Shown here piece after piece: positions 17,417 through 29,867 of a stretch of DNA of 64,000 nt. A program made the position numbers and the translations under genes. Source of the DNA: Myxococcota bacterium (GTDB lineage Bacteria > Myxococcota_A > UBA796 > SXON01); contig JAZKFH010000010.1 of the NCBI GenBank assembly GCA_040386535.1, forward strand, positions 32,001 through 96,000, read 5' to 3'. Position 1 is the first letter of the stretch. Each line of letters opens with the position of its first letter. The notes below the pieces were generated by a model. That model worked only from the letters and a program-made list of their open reading frames with translations, was not told the DNA's origin and did not search any database.

Positions 17417-18838
17417 CTACCGGTCCTGACGCTCCGACCCCCCGTTCTGCTCCAGCCAGCCGCCGGTCTCCCAGCCGCCGGTCTCCCAGCCGCCCGTGTC
17501 CCCGGTGTCCCCGCCGCCCGCGCGCAGCTCCTCGAGCTCCGCCCGGGCGCTCGCCGCGCGGCCCTCGTAGAAGGCGCGGTAGTGGGCGTAGGCGTCCTCG
17601 TCCGGGGCGCGCCACATGCCGTCGGGGTACGCCTCGCCCCAGGGCGCCGGGGTGCCGCGGAGGCGCGCGGCGAGGTCGTCGATGACGGAGACCGGGTCGA
17701 GCGCCTCGAAGCCGTCGATCACGGCCTCGCAGGTGTCGTACATGGCCTCGCGGCACCCGGTGTCGGCGCGGCAGCCCGCGCTCAGGCTCGCCCAGCCCCA
17801 GAGGGTGGTGTCGCGGTACGCGCCGTCCCAGGCGTATCCGGCGGTGATGTCGGTGGAGTACGGGAGGAAGCGGAACTTTCCGTCCTTCCCCTCCGCGATC
17901 ACGAGGTTGTTGGTGTTGTGCACGTAGTCGTCCCCGACCCAGAGCAGCCAATGCACACACGACGAGCGGCGGAAGGCCTCCCAATCGAGCCACGCCTCGG
18001 TGCTCTCGTCGAAGGCCTCGCCGCCCGAGTTGTCGAGGATCGCCTGGGCGAGCGCGTCGAGCCCGGTGGTGTCGTCGCAGTCGCCGTAGTCGCACTCGAA
18101 GCTCGACCACACGCCCGGCGTGTTCACGTCTCCGACGCCCTCCCGGACGTTGACACAACCCCCGCCGAGTTGGTCCGCGTTCTGCTCGCAGAAGTCGCCC
18201 TTGTACATCTCCCGCGCCACCATCGGCACGAGCACGTCGGGGTCTTCCCAGCCGCTCCCGCCGACCCACGCGTAGCTGGCCCGCGCCGCGGGGACGCCGA
18301 GCGCGCGGAACGTCGCGAGCGAGCTCGCCTCGCCGAACAGGGAGCCGACCTGCCCACTGTTGAGACGGATGTGCTCCACGCCGCCGAACCGCTGGCCCTC
18401 CGTGTAGTCGTCGCTGTCGAGCCGGAAGTTGGGGATGGTGCTGGGCGTCCACGCGACACCCGTGCTCTGGCCCACGAGGCGCACGCTGGTCTTCCCGAAG
18501 TCCGCGCAGTCGCCGTCGGGGCTGGCGACGAGGACGGTGTCCGCGAAGCCGGTGTCTTCCCCTACCTCGTAGACGCCTTCGGCCCCCCATCCGCCCCCCT
18601 CCCCGAAGGGCGCGTTGAGCGCCTCCAGCTGCTCGGCGGACACACCGATCCACCACACGTTTCCGTCGTCACCGAGCACGTCCAGGGCCAGGGCGTCGGG
18701 CGTCGTGGTCGCGTCGATCGGTGGGACGATCCCCTCGTCCCCGCCGGTGTCGGGCTCGGGGAGGACGTAGACGTTGGTGATGTTGGTGACGGACGGCACG
18801 CCACAGCCGACCAGAGCGAGCAGGACCCACAGATTCAC
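17417..18838 (-). CDS. CotH kinase-like lipoprotein (divergent active site)
   Basis: GTG start at 18838, lipobox LVGC. VRLVGQST, NFRLDSD...QRFGGVEHIRLN, LGVPAARASYAWV and DDYVHNTNN...DGKFRFLPYSTD resemble CotH motifs. Confidence 0.72.
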   Translation of the reverse strand: MNLWVLLALVGCGVPSVTNITNVYVLPEPDTGGDEGIVPPIDATTTPDALALDVLGDDGNVWWIGVSAEQLEALNAPFGEGGGWGAEGVYEVGEDTGFADTVLVASPDGDCADFGKTSVRLVGQSTGVAWTPSTIPNFRLDSDDYTEGQRFGGVEHIRLNSGQVGSLFGEASSLATFRALGVPAARASYAWVGGSGWEDPDVLVPMVAREMYKGDFCEQNADQLGGGCVNVREGVGDVNTPGVWSSFECDYGDCDDTTGLDALAQAILDNSGGEAFDESTEAWLDWEAFRRSSCVHWLLWVGDDYVHNTNNLVIAEGKDGKFRFLPYSTDITAGYAWDGAYRDTTLWGWASLSAGCRADTGCREAMYDTCEAVIDGFEALDPVSVIDDLAARLRGTPAPWGEAYPDGMWRAPDEDAYAHYRAFYEGRAASARAELEELRAGGGDTGDTGGWETGGWETGGWLEQNGGSERQDR

Positions 18839-18998
18839 GCGTACCTCGGAGGTGTGTGTCCAGGGCTTCGCAAGACGCGTGCCGTGGCCGCGGGCACCCT
18901 GGATCCCCGGCGGCGTACCGGGGTCGCCATCGACGCCGCGCCAACCGTGGAGGCGGCCGCTGCCGGCCGATCGTGACGTGGAGGTCGCGGCGGTTCCT

Positions 18999-19943
18999 TC
19001 ACCCCAGGGCGGGTGCAACCGAGCGAAGGGCCGCGCCCGTGGCGGCCGTCTCCCTGGCCGCCACGTCGAGGCTCGTGCCGATGCCGGCAAAGCGCGCACG
19101 GAACTTGCCATCGTCCACGAGGAAGGGGCGATCCCACTGGTAGGCGGTCTCCCGCAGTTCGCGCAGGAGCGGGACGAAGGGCCCGAGCACGGTGAACGCC
19201 CACGTGGGGATGGCGTACGAGCGGCCGACGGTCCCCAGGGCCGCGGCGATGGCCGCCACGAGCGCGGCGGGCGCGACCTCGATCGTGGGCAGGTGGTAGA
19301 CACCCTCCGCGTCGGACTCCCCGAGGGCGGCGAGGCCGGCGATCACGTCGGGCACGTAGCCGAAGGCGTGGGGCGCCTGGGGATCGCCCACGAGCCAGGC
19401 GGCCTTGCCGGCCTGGAGCCCGGCCACCATCTTGGGGGAGAACAGCGACTGGTCGCCCACGCCGGGCCCGAAGAAGTCGCCCGCGCGGCCCGCCGCGAAA
19501 CGAAGCCCCCGCTCGCGTGCGGCGGTGCGCAACGCGGCGTCCCACGCGATGCGAACGCGCCCCTTCCGCCCCGTGGCGCCGAGGGGCGTCTCCTCCGTGC
19601 GGTGCCCGTCCACGATGCCGTAGGCATAGACGTTGTCGAGGCACACGAGCTTGGCGCGGCTCGCGATGGCGCCCGCGATGAGCGCCTCCCCGAGCGCCGG
19701 GAACTCGGCTTCCCACGCCGCGCCCGTGTACGCGGACGGATTCATGCAGTGGTAGACGGCGGCCGCGCCGGTCGTGACCCGCGCCACGAACGCCGGCTCT
19801 CGCGCGTCTCCGGCGACCACCTCGACTCCCGGGACAAGCGCGGCGCTCCGACGCACCACCCGCACCGTATGGCCCCGCGCCACCAGCGTTTTCGCCAGCC
19901 CGCTGCCGACCTGACCCGCTCCGAACACGACGTGAAGAGACAT
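18999..19943 (-). CDS. NAD-dependent epimerase/dehydratase (atypical SDR)
   Basis: MSLHVVFGAGQVG Rossmann start, LDNVYAYG, RAGDFFGPG. Confidence 0.88.
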   Translation of the reverse strand: MSLHVVFGAGQVGSGLAKTLVARGHTVRVVRRSAALVPGVEVVAGDAREPAFVARVTTGAAAVYHCMNPSAYTGAAWEAEFPALGEALIAGAIASRAKLVCLDNVYAYGIVDGHRTEETPLGATGRKGRVRIAWDAALRTAARERGLRFAAGRAGDFFGPGVGDQSLFSPKMVAGLQAGKAAWLVGDPQAPHAFGYVPDVIAGLAALGESDAEGVYHLPTIEVAPAALVAAIAAALGTVGRSYAIPTWAFTVLGPFVPLLRELRETAYQWDRPFLVDDGKFRARFAGIGTSLDVAARETAATGAALRSVAPALG

Positions 19944-19991
19944 GAGAACCTCCAGCACGACCCTGATACGTCGGCGGAAGGCTCGCATCCC

Positions 19992-20028
19992 ATGCATGAT
20001 TGGTATACGATCGATGCATGAGAGGCAT
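19992..20028. promoter_or_regulatory. Tandem LysR T-N11-A boxes
   Basis: ATGC-N7-GTAT (19992-20006) and ATGC-N7-GCAT (20014-20028), 22 bp apart, between the divergent epimerase and lysR genes. Confidence 0.6.
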
Positions 20029-20031
20029 TGA

Positions 20032-20964
20032 TTGGAGGGCATCGATCTCCGCGCGCTCGATCTGAACCTGCTCGTGGCGCTCGACGCGCTGCTGCGCCAA
20101 GGCAACGTGACCGCGGCCGCGCGCGACCTCGGCGTCACCCAACCCGCATTGAGCCGGACGTTACAGCGCCTGCGCGACACGTTGGGCGATCCGCTCCTCG
20201 TGCGCGTGGGCCGCGGCGTGGTACCGACGGATCGCGCGCGCGCCCTCGCGGAGCCCCTCGCGGACGCGCTCCGCGCCGTACAACGCGTGTTCTCGCCTCC
20301 GGGCGAGTTCGATCCGCGGACCGCGCGGGGTGAGCTCACCATCGGCTTGGGTGACGAGGCGCAGGTCGCCTTCGCCGACGCGATCATGGGCGCGATCTGG
20401 GCGCACGCCCCCCACGTCGACATCCGCGTGCGGCCGCTCACCGCCGCCAGCCTCGACGAGGGGCGCCGCGGCGTGCTCGACTTCGCCATCGGCCCCGACC
20501 TGTCGCCCCTCCCCGCGATCGCCGGCTCGGTCGACTATCGGGACTTCGTCGTGAAGCACCTCTACACGCGGCGCTTCGTCGTGGTGTCGTCCGCGCGCAA
20601 CCCGCGCCGGTCGCTCACGCTCGCCGAGTACGTCGCCGCCCACCACGTCATCGTGGGGTTCGACGGCGGCGGCCGCGGCTTCGTGGACGACCTGCTCGCG
20701 GCCGAGGGACACACCCGTCGGGTGGCCGCCACGGTGACCTCCTTTCCGAGCGCGGTCAACCTCGTGGCGAATACCGACCTGCTCGCGACGGTCCCGATGG
20801 AATTGGTACGCGTCTCCAACGCGGCGGTCGTCGCCATCGAGCCGCCCATCGCCCTGCCCACACTGCCCATGTTGTGTGTCTGGCACCCCCGGCGCACGGC
20901 CGACCCGCGGCACCGGTTCTTGCGGGAGGTGGGGATGCGCGCCGTGATCGAGCGGATGGGGTAG
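20032..20964 (+). CDS. LysR family transcriptional regulator (NodD/NahR-like)
   Basis: LDLNLLVALDALL..GNVTAAARDLGVTQPALSRTLQRLRDTLGDPLLVR, FDP motif. Confidence 0.95.
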   Translation: MEGIDLRALDLNLLVALDALLRQGNVTAAARDLGVTQPALSRTLQRLRDTLGDPLLVRVGRGVVPTDRARALAEPLADALRAVQRVFSPPGEFDPRTARGELTIGLGDEAQVAFADAIMGAIWAHAPHVDIRVRPLTAASLDEGRRGVLDFAIGPDLSPLPAIAGSVDYRDFVVKHLYTRRFVVVSSARNPRRSLTLAEYVAAHHVIVGFDGGGRGFVDDLLAAEGHTRRVAATVTSFPSAVNLVANTDLLATVPMELVRVSNAAVVAIEPPIALPTLPMLCVWHPRRTADPRHRFLREVGMRAVIERMG

Positions 20965-20983
20965 CTCCGCAGCGTCGCCCGGA

Positions 20984-23248
20984 TCACTCCCCCAGCGCGT
21001 AGACCACGATGGGATCGGGCCCGAGCACCACGGCCGCGCGGCCGGGGCCGAAGGCGTCCTGCACCACGTCGAGGAGCGGCTCGTCGCGCGTGTCGTCGTC
21101 GGGGGCCCACACGCGCTCGGACGCGCCGGTCGCGGGCCACCATGCGGTCAAGCCGTCGGTGTCGGAGAACAGGATCTCGTTCACGCCGTCGCGATCGATG
21201 TCAGCCGCGCGGTACCAGGTGGGGCTCTCCCAACAGAACGTGAGGTCCATGACGGCGAGGACCGGGTTCGCCAGGAGCTCCGCGCCCCGGACGATGCAAT
21301 GCCCGAAATATTCCGTGTCATAACCGAACGATTGGAACGCGAGGTCCCCGAGGCCGTCGCCGTCGATGTCCCCGAGGCGCTGGATGCGACCGACGGTGGG
21401 GCCGTCGACATACGAGAGCACCTCCGGCGCGCCCGCCGCGATCGAGGCGCCGTCGTACACGCGGATGTCGGTGTACACGTCCGCGACCTCGTCCACGCCG
21501 TCGCCGGTGAGGTCGCCCACACAGAGCGCGTGGAGCTGGAGGTCCGCGAGGACCGACACGCCGATGCCGACGCGGAGCCAGGTAGCGCCATCGATGACGG
21601 AGCCACGGTTGAGGACCAGCTCTCCCACGCCATCGCCCGTCAGGTCACACCCCAGCTGCGTGAGCGCGCCGTCGAACACCGTCTCGGCCACCGCGCCCTC
21701 CGCGGCGCTCCAGAGGCCGATCGCGTCGGGCTCTGCCCACCACGTCACCTCGGGCACGCCGTCGCCGTCGAGATCACTGCCCGGGTCCGCGGCGGCCCAA
21801 TCCGGCTGGGAAGTCGTGTCGGCGTCGCACACCGAGATCGTGGTCCCCGGGGTGACGGGCGCCCACTGGAACGCGCCGTCCTCGAGCTGCCACCAGTCGA
21901 GCGCCCCGTCCCCGTCGATCTCGTCGAGGCCGTAGCCGTTCACGTCCCCGCCGTACCCGGGGCCGCCGCCCTGCACCTCGGCGAGGACACCGTCCGCGGT
22001 GGCGGGGTCCAGCCGGCGCGCGACGGTCCTCGGCTCCCAGCGCCCCCCCTCGGCGTGGGAGACCCAGACGAGGTCGGGAGAGGCGGCGATCCGATCGGCG
22101 GGGACGCCCGCGTCGCGCCGGAGGATCGTGTACCGGCCGAGGAGGGCCTCGGCGAGGTCGTACACGGTGGGTGGCGCCCAGATGGCGAGGCCGCCGGCGC
22201 CGTCGGGGCCGATGGCGGCGGACCAGATCTCCAGGCTGTCCTCGAAGGACACCGGCGCGTCGGGCGCCTCCCCCGCGTAAAGCCACAGGTAGCCGGGAAA
22301 CCCCCCTGGGGACTGGAAGGCGAAGTCCTCGGCGCCGCCCCCGTCGACGTCCCCCAGCGGGACGGGGGTGAGCCCGGCGCCGTACACGAAGGTCGCGAGG
22401 GTGGCGTCCGCGAGGGTGGCGCCGGCGTCGATCGCCGCGCTCGAGAGCAGGTACCCATGCGTGTAGTCGGTCGTGATCACCTCCGGCCAACCGTCGCCGT
22501 CCTGGTCGAGCGTGGTGAGGACGAGCGCCGCGCCCAGCTCGCGCGCCGCATCGTCGTGCATCGTGGCGAGCGGCGCCCAGGACGCCGGATCCACCCCCGC
22601 CGCCGAGACGAGCCCGACGTATCCAGGCACCGTGGCGCCGGCCGCGTACAAGGCGGGGGCGCCGACCAGGAGCTCGTCCCGCCCGTCCCCGTCCACGTCG
22701 TGCCAGGGAACGAAGCGCGCCGGCACGTCCGCCCAGGTTTCACCCAGGGATCCGTCCGGGAGGAGCTGCGTCGCGGTGGCCATGTCGTCGTACGCGAAGA
22801 GCTCCGCGAGCCCGTCCCCATCGAGGTCGGGGAGGGCCTGGATCCCCGCGGCGGCGGCCACCGCCCAATACACGGGCTGATCCCAATAGAAGCCGGACGA
22901 CGACGTGGACGGCACCAACCAGGTCCCCCACACCTCCACCTCCGCGTCCACGACGAGCAGGAGATCCTCGACCGCGTCGCCGTCCCGGTCCGGGGTCAAG
23001 ACGAGCGCGGGGCCGCTGTCGTCGAAGCCACAGCCCGTCACCACGAACGGCAGCGCCGCGGTGGGGACGGCGGCGATGTCCGGCGGGGTGTCGGTGTCGG
23101 GCGGGGTGTCGGTGTCCGGCGCGGTGTCGGTGTCCGGCGGGGTGTCGGTGTCCGTGTCACCTGTGTCCACGGCGGCGGTCTCGCGCGCCTCCGCGGCCTC
23201 CTCGGGCTTCGGAACGGGCGTGCAGGCAGCCAGGAGCAACGTGAGCAT
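20984..23248 (-). CDS. Lipoprotein with degenerate FG-GAP/DxDGDG calcium-binding repeats
   Basis: Lipobox LAAC, DT/DTPP linker, more than 10 DxDGDG-type loops. Confidence 0.8.
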   Translation of the reverse strand: MLTLLLAACTPVPKPEEAAEARETAAVDTGDTDTDTPPDTDTAPDTDTPPDTDTPPDIAAVPTAALPFVVTGCGFDDSGPALVLTPDRDGDAVEDLLLVVDAEVEVWGTWLVPSTSSSGFYWDQPVYWAVAAAAGIQALPDLDGDGLAELFAYDDMATATQLLPDGSLGETWADVPARFVPWHDVDGDGRDELLVGAPALYAAGATVPGYVGLVSAAGVDPASWAPLATMHDDAARELGAALVLTTLDQDGDGWPEVITTDYTHGYLLSSAAIDAGATLADATLATFVYGAGLTPVPLGDVDGGGAEDFAFQSPGGFPGYLWLYAGEAPDAPVSFEDSLEIWSAAIGPDGAGGLAIWAPPTVYDLAEALLGRYTILRRDAGVPADRIAASPDLVWVSHAEGGRWEPRTVARRLDPATADGVLAEVQGGGPGYGGDVNGYGLDEIDGDGALDWWQLEDGAFQWAPVTPGTTISVCDADTTSQPDWAAADPGSDLDGDGVPEVTWWAEPDAIGLWSAAEGAVAETVFDGALTQLGCDLTGDGVGELVLNRGSVIDGATWLRVGIGVSVLADLQLHALCVGDLTGDGVDEVADVYTDIRVYDGASIAAGAPEVLSYVDGPTVGRIQRLGDIDGDGLGDLAFQSFGYDTEYFGHCIVRGAELLANPVLAVMDLTFCWESPTWYRAADIDRDGVNEILFSDTDGLTAWWPATGASERVWAPDDDTRDEPLLDVVQDAFGPGRAAVVLGPDPIVVYALGE

Positions 23249-23261
23249 GGCGTAAACCTAA

Positions 23262-25649
<2,388 letters not shown>

Positions 25650-25667
25650 GTCTCTGGGCGACCGCGA

Positions 25668-25710
25668 GGGGCGCGGTGCCCGGCCCTGGGAGCAGGGCCG
25701 ACCACGCCCC
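25668..25710 (+). terminator. GC-rich hairpin downstream of icd (possible terminator)
   Basis: CGGCCCTG-GGAG-CAGGGCCG core with an extended GGGGCG/CGCCCC stem. No U-tract. Confidence 0.35.
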
Positions 25711-25822
25711 CGGTGCCCTCCCGCTACGAGACGCACCCCCGTGCAGCGCGATGTAGCGAGATGTTGCCCACGCGCTCGGGACGCGATGTCAGGACATACG
25801 ACGCAAGCGGTCAGGAGGCCGC

Positions 25823-27508
25823 ATGCTCGTTCCCGTGCTCGTCTTGTTGGTCGTATGTGGGCCCGCCGTAGACCCGATGGCCGGGGCGTTCGCGGAGGGG
25901 CTCGACACGCTCGCCGCGGGCCCCCGCTCCCCCGTCTCGCTCGACCCCACCGCCTCTGCCACCTGGCCCGGCGAGGCGGCCGAGGACTTCTACGGCTTCT
26001 CGGTGTCCGACGCCGGGGACATCAACGGCGACGGCTACGCCGACGTGATCGTCGGCGCGTTCGGATACGCGTCCAACACCGGCCGGGCCTACGTCTACCA
26101 TGGCACGGCGAGCGGCCTCGAAGCGGCCCCCGCGACCACGCTGACCGGGGAGGAGGCCGAGTCGTTGTTCGGCGCCAAGGTCTCCTCCGCCGGCGACGTG
26201 AACGGGGACGGGTACGGCGACGTGCTCGTGGGCGCCTCCGCCTACGGCACCGGCGACATCGAGGCCATCGGCCGCGCCTACGTCTACCTCGGCTCCGCGG
26301 CCGGGCTGCTCGGCACGCCCGCGACCACTCTCACCGGCGAGGAGATGGCCGACCAGCTCGGCTCCGCGGTCGCCGGCGTGGGCGACATCAACGGCGACGG
26401 GTACGATGACATCGTGGTCGCCGCGCCGTATCGCTCCACCTACCGGGGCACGGTGTACGTGCACCACGGCTCGGCGGCGGGCATCTCCGCGACCCCTGCC
26501 CTCACCTTGGACGGTGACCTGTACACCGAGGTGTTCGGGTACGCCGTGTCGGGCGCCGGGGACGTGGACGCCGACGGCTACGACGACGTGCTGGTGGGCG
26601 TCTGGGCGCACGACTCGTACGCCGGCCGAACCGACGTGTTCCACGGCTCGCCGACGGGGCTCTCCCCCACGGCCACGCTCCAACTGACCGGCGAGGCGGA
26701 GTACGACCGGTTCGGGGCGGCCCTGTCCGGCGCCGGCGACATCGACGGGGACGGCTTCGACGACATCGTGGTGGGCGCGCCGTACGCCCTCACCAACACC
26801 GGCAAGGTGTATGTGTACGCGGGGTCGGCCGGCGGGATCTCCAGCTCCGCAGCGCTGATCCTGACCGGGGAGGCGCCGGAGGACTACTACGGGTTCGCCA
26901 TCTCGGGCGCGGGCGACATCGACGCCGACGGCTACGCAGACGTGTTGGTGGGCGCGCCCGCCAGCTCCGGCTCCGGGGTCGGCCGCGCCTGGCTCCACAC
27001 GGGGTCGGCGGCCGGGCTCTCCCCCACCCCCGAGACCACGTTGACGGGCGGCTCCGCGGACGACGCCTACGGCTACTCGGTGTCCGGCGCCGGAGACGTG
27101 AACGGGGACGGCCTCGACGACGTGATCGTCGGCGCCCCCAACCAGGCCGGGCTCACCGGCCGCGCCTACGTGTACGAGGCGGAGGGTGACGCGGATACCG
27201 ATACCGATACCGATACCGATACCGATACCGACACCGATACGGATACCGACACCGATACGGACACCGATACTGATACCGATACGGACACCGACACCGATAC
27301 GGACACCGATACCGATACCGATACGGACACCGATACCGATACGGACACGGATACCGACACGGACACGGACACCGACACCGACGACACCGGCGTCCCCAAG
27401 GACGACGCGACCGGGTGTGGGTGCGCGACCGGGGATGGCGCGCAGGCCGGTTGGATCGTCGCCTTGCTGGCGCTGGTGGGGATCCGTCGGGGGCGTCAGC
27501 GCGCCTGA
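25823..27508 (+). CDS. Integrin-alpha-like 7x FG-GAP repeat surface protein with DT stalk and MYXO-CTERM-like sorting signal
   Basis: Seven GD(I/V)(N/D)(G/A)DG..D..VGA repeats, about 31 DT units, C-terminal GCGCATG...GWIVALLALVGIRRGRQRA. Confidence 0.9.
   Translation: MLVPVLVLLVVCGPAVDPMAGAFAEGLDTLAAGPRSPVSLDPTASATWPGEAAEDFYGFSVSDAGDINGDGYADVIVGAFGYASNTGRAYVYHGTASGLEAAPATTLTGEEAESLFGAKVSSAGDVNGDGYGDVLVGASAYGTGDIEAIGRAYVYLGSAAGLLGTPATTLTGEEMADQLGSAVAGVGDINGDGYDDIVVAAPYRSTYRGTVYVHHGSAAGISATPALTLDGDLYTEVFGYAVSGAGDVDADGYDDVLVGVWAHDSYAGRTDVFHGSPTGLSPTATLQLTGEAEYDRFGAALSGAGDIDGDGFDDIVVGAPYALTNTGKVYVYAGSAGGISSSAALILTGEAPEDYYGFAISGAGDIDADGYADVLVGAPASSGSGVGRAWLHTGSAAGLSPTPETTLTGGSADDAYGYSVSGAGDVNGDGLDDVIVGAPNQAGLTGRAYVYEAEGDADTDTDTDTDTDTDTDTDTDTDTDTDTDTDTDTDTDTDTDTDTDTDTDTDTDTDTDTDTDTDTDDTGVPKDDATGCGCATGDGAQAGWIVALLALVGIRRGRQRA
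27194..27379 (+). repeat. Coding (Asp-Thr)n repeat, about 31 units
   Basis: gatacc/gacacc/gatacg/gatact/gacacg units in frame. Confidence 0.92.
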
Positions 27509-29490
27509 CGCTCCGCGAGCAGCTCGTCGAACAATCCCACCCACTGATCGGCGATGCGATCCCACGACAACGCGGGGTCGGTCGCGCGTGCGTACGCCTG
27601 GCGACCGCGCTCAGCCCGCAGCACCGGGTCGCGGTACAGCCGCTCCAACGCGTCGGCCACGGCCACCTCGGTGACGAACCAGCCGTCCAGGAGGATGCGC
27701 TCGGTGGTGAGCGAGAACGCGGGCTCCATCATCTCCGCGTGCCCCTCCCACAGCTCCGCGCAGCTCGTGTGGCGGGGCACGATCTGGGGCGCCCCGGTCG
27801 CCGCGCTCTCGAAGCTCACGAGCCCCCACCCTTCGCCGATGGTGGTGGTGATGCCGACGTCGCCGACGTTGTAGATGAGGTTGAGCTTGTCCTCCGGCTC
27901 CGAGGGGAGCTGCGGCGCCGTGGAGGTGAGGATCAGGCGGTCCTCGATCCCGAGGCGGCGGGCCATCGCCAGGAGGTTCCACCCCGCGTCCTCGACCCCC
28001 ATGTGCAGGTAGAGCTTGACGTTGTTCGGCTTCCCCTGGGCGAAACGCGCGAATCCCTTCATCGTGATGTCGATACGTTTGCGCGGCTGGTTTCGATTCC
28101 CGTTGAAGACGATGAACGAGTCCTGGAAATCAGGCGTGTCGGGGAGCAGGGCCTTCTTGGCGAGGCGGCGGTCGGCGAGATCGGGCCCGAGCGGGTGGAA
28201 CACCTTGGTGTCGATGCCGTGGGGGATGATCCCGATGTCACGCGCGCCGAGCGAAACATCGTCCACCCCCGCCTGCCGGAACGCCTCGCCCAGCGCGGAC
28301 GCGCCGAATTGGTTGTAGGCGACGATGCGGTCGAGGTGGCGCAGGCCGAGCGCCACGGACGGGTCGAGGGGAGTCCCCTCCACGGGCAGGTAGCCGACCG
28401 TGCGGATCCGGCGCCGGTACCGGGCGAGGGCCCCCGCGTAGCGGGTCAGGATCCACGGATCACACACGACGAACACGAGGGCCGGATCGAGCCTCTCGAC
28501 GAGCTCGGGGACACGGTCGACGCCATAGGGATCTCCGCCCGTCATCGCCGGGTAGATCGGCCAGCGGGCGCGGTGCGGATCGCCGCGGTGGTTGATGCCG
28601 AGGTGGTGCAGATCGTAGCGCGCGGGCATCCGTTCGAGGATGCTGTGGACGACGCGGCCGAAGCCCGTGGGGGCGTTGCCGTCGCCGATGACGAGGATCC
28701 GGGTTGTCGGGGATCGACCGATCGAGGGAGAACCAAACGAGGGCGCCGCGATTGGATGCGGCAGGATCGGAGGTGCCACGTTCGGAGGTGCCACGATTCG
28801 CAGCGGAGGTGACACCTCTGCCCGGAGCCCCTCGATCCGGGCCTCCAAGGCCTGGTACGCCGCGGTGCGCCGGCGCGCGAGCGTGCGTGCGCGCACCTCG
28901 ACGAACGCGGCGTCGATGTAGTGGGCCCGCACTGCGCCCTCGTAGAGGTGGGACAACGCGCCCTCCAGCGCGGCCTCGTCCGCGACGAGGTCGTCGTACG
29001 CGACCTCGACCGCGGGGATGCTGTCCAGGGCGCGCTCCGCCTGGAGCAGCCCCCGCAGGACATCGTCCGGGTCGGTCCCGTCCGCGCCCACGGCGTGCGC
29101 GGGGTATCGCCACCCCCGTTCCAGCACGGAGGCGGCGATATCCGCCAGGGGGCGGCGGATCCGGAGCACACGCAGCGCCGAGATCCCCCGCCACCGGGCG
29201 CACACGAAGGGCTGCACCACGTCCTTGTAGGCGAACCCCTCCCGGGCGACCACCTGGTCGAGGTACGCCAGCACCTCGTCCCCCCGGTTTGGATCCCGGC
29301 CAGGGACGAGGAACTTCCCTCCCCCTTCGTCCCGGCCCCCGCTCCGCAAGGCGTGGCGATCGAGGTTCAGGATCTCCCCGTCCGTGGTCCACGTGGGCTC
29401 CGCGAGCCCGAGCGCGCCGCGCGCCGCGTGGTACACGACGCTCGAGAGCGATCGCGGGAGGGAGAGGACGAACAGGGAGGGAAGGTGCAT
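27496..29490 (-). CDS. Fusion of a sulfotransferase-like domain and a GT4-type glycosyltransferase
   Basis: N-terminal LFVLSLPRSLSS (PAPS-loop-like), YKD, IRRPLADIAAS, VAYDDLV. C-terminal ILVIGD..APTGFGRV, NRNQPRKRID, GEGWGLVSFES. Confidence 0.75.
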   Translation of the reverse strand: MHLPSLFVLSLPRSLSSVVYHAARGALGLAEPTWTTDGEILNLDRHALRSGGRDEGGGKFLVPGRDPNRGDEVLAYLDQVVAREGFAYKDVVQPFVCARWRGISALRVLRIRRPLADIAASVLERGWRYPAHAVGADGTDPDDVLRGLLQAERALDSIPAVEVAYDDLVADEAALEGALSHLYEGAVRAHYIDAAFVEVRARTLARRRTAAYQALEARIEGLRAEVSPPLRIVAPPNVAPPILPHPIAAPSFGSPSIGRSPTTRILVIGDGNAPTGFGRVVHSILERMPARYDLHHLGINHRGDPHRARWPIYPAMTGGDPYGVDRVPELVERLDPALVFVVCDPWILTRYAGALARYRRRIRTVGYLPVEGTPLDPSVALGLRHLDRIVAYNQFGASALGEAFRQAGVDDVSLGARDIGIIPHGIDTKVFHPLGPDLADRRLAKKALLPDTPDFQDSFIVFNGNRNQPRKRIDITMKGFARFAQGKPNNVKLYLHMGVEDAGWNLLAMARRLGIEDRLILTSTAPQLPSEPEDKLNLIYNVGDVGITTTIGEGWGLVSFESAATGAPQIVPRHTSCAELWEGHAEMMEPAFSLTTERILLDGWFVTEVAVADALERLYRDPVLRAERGRQAYARATDPALSWDRIADQWVGLFDELLAERQAR

Positions 29491-29503
29491 CAGGATCTTC
29501 TCT

Positions 29504-29833
29504 TCAGTCCGAGGAGTTGGTGGTGGGGCCCGGCATCGCCAGCTCCGTCGCCACCGTGACCAGGGCCCCGGGGAAGACGTTGTACAGCACGATCGCCCGG
29601 ACGCCCGACGATTGGTAGCCGGACGGGTACCCCGACATCACGGTCACGTACCCCACCTGGACGGGGCCCGCGCCGCTCACGGTCATGTCCGCGCTGGCCC
29701 CGGGCCCGAGCTGGCGGTTCGCCATGCGCCCATGCATCACGCCGCCCGGTGCGTAGGAGTGCACGTAGTTGTCCAAGCCGACCCAGACGGTCCCGCCGGT
29801 GCGGTTGATGACTGTAACTTTTCCGGTGCTCAT
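29504..29833 (-). CDS. Small hypothetical beta-rich protein (109 aa)
   Basis: Good SD (AAGGAGG) upstream, KVTVINRTGGTVWVGL start, co-oriented between the 1220-aa gene and the glycosyltransferase gene. Confidence 0.75.
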   Translation of the reverse strand: MSTGKVTVINRTGGTVWVGLDNYVHSYAPGGVMHGRMANRQLGPGASADMTVSGAGPVQVGYVTVMSGYPSGYQSSGVRAIVLYNVFPGALVTVATELAMPGPTTNSSD

Positions 29834-29867
29834 TTCCTGCCTCCTTGTGTCGTTGGTTCTCGTTCGG

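Noticed and set aside
20014..20031. In-frame ATG...TGA upstream of lysR as a nonsense mutation or readthrough
   Set aside because: TTG at 20032 has a GAGAGG SD and yields a complete HTH. The upstream ATG...CAT is better explained as the operator palindrome.
27194..27379. CRISPR array or non-coding microsatellite (also 15694-15819)
   Set aside because: These are 6-bp in-frame units with synonymous variation inside ORFs, with no spacers and no cas genes.
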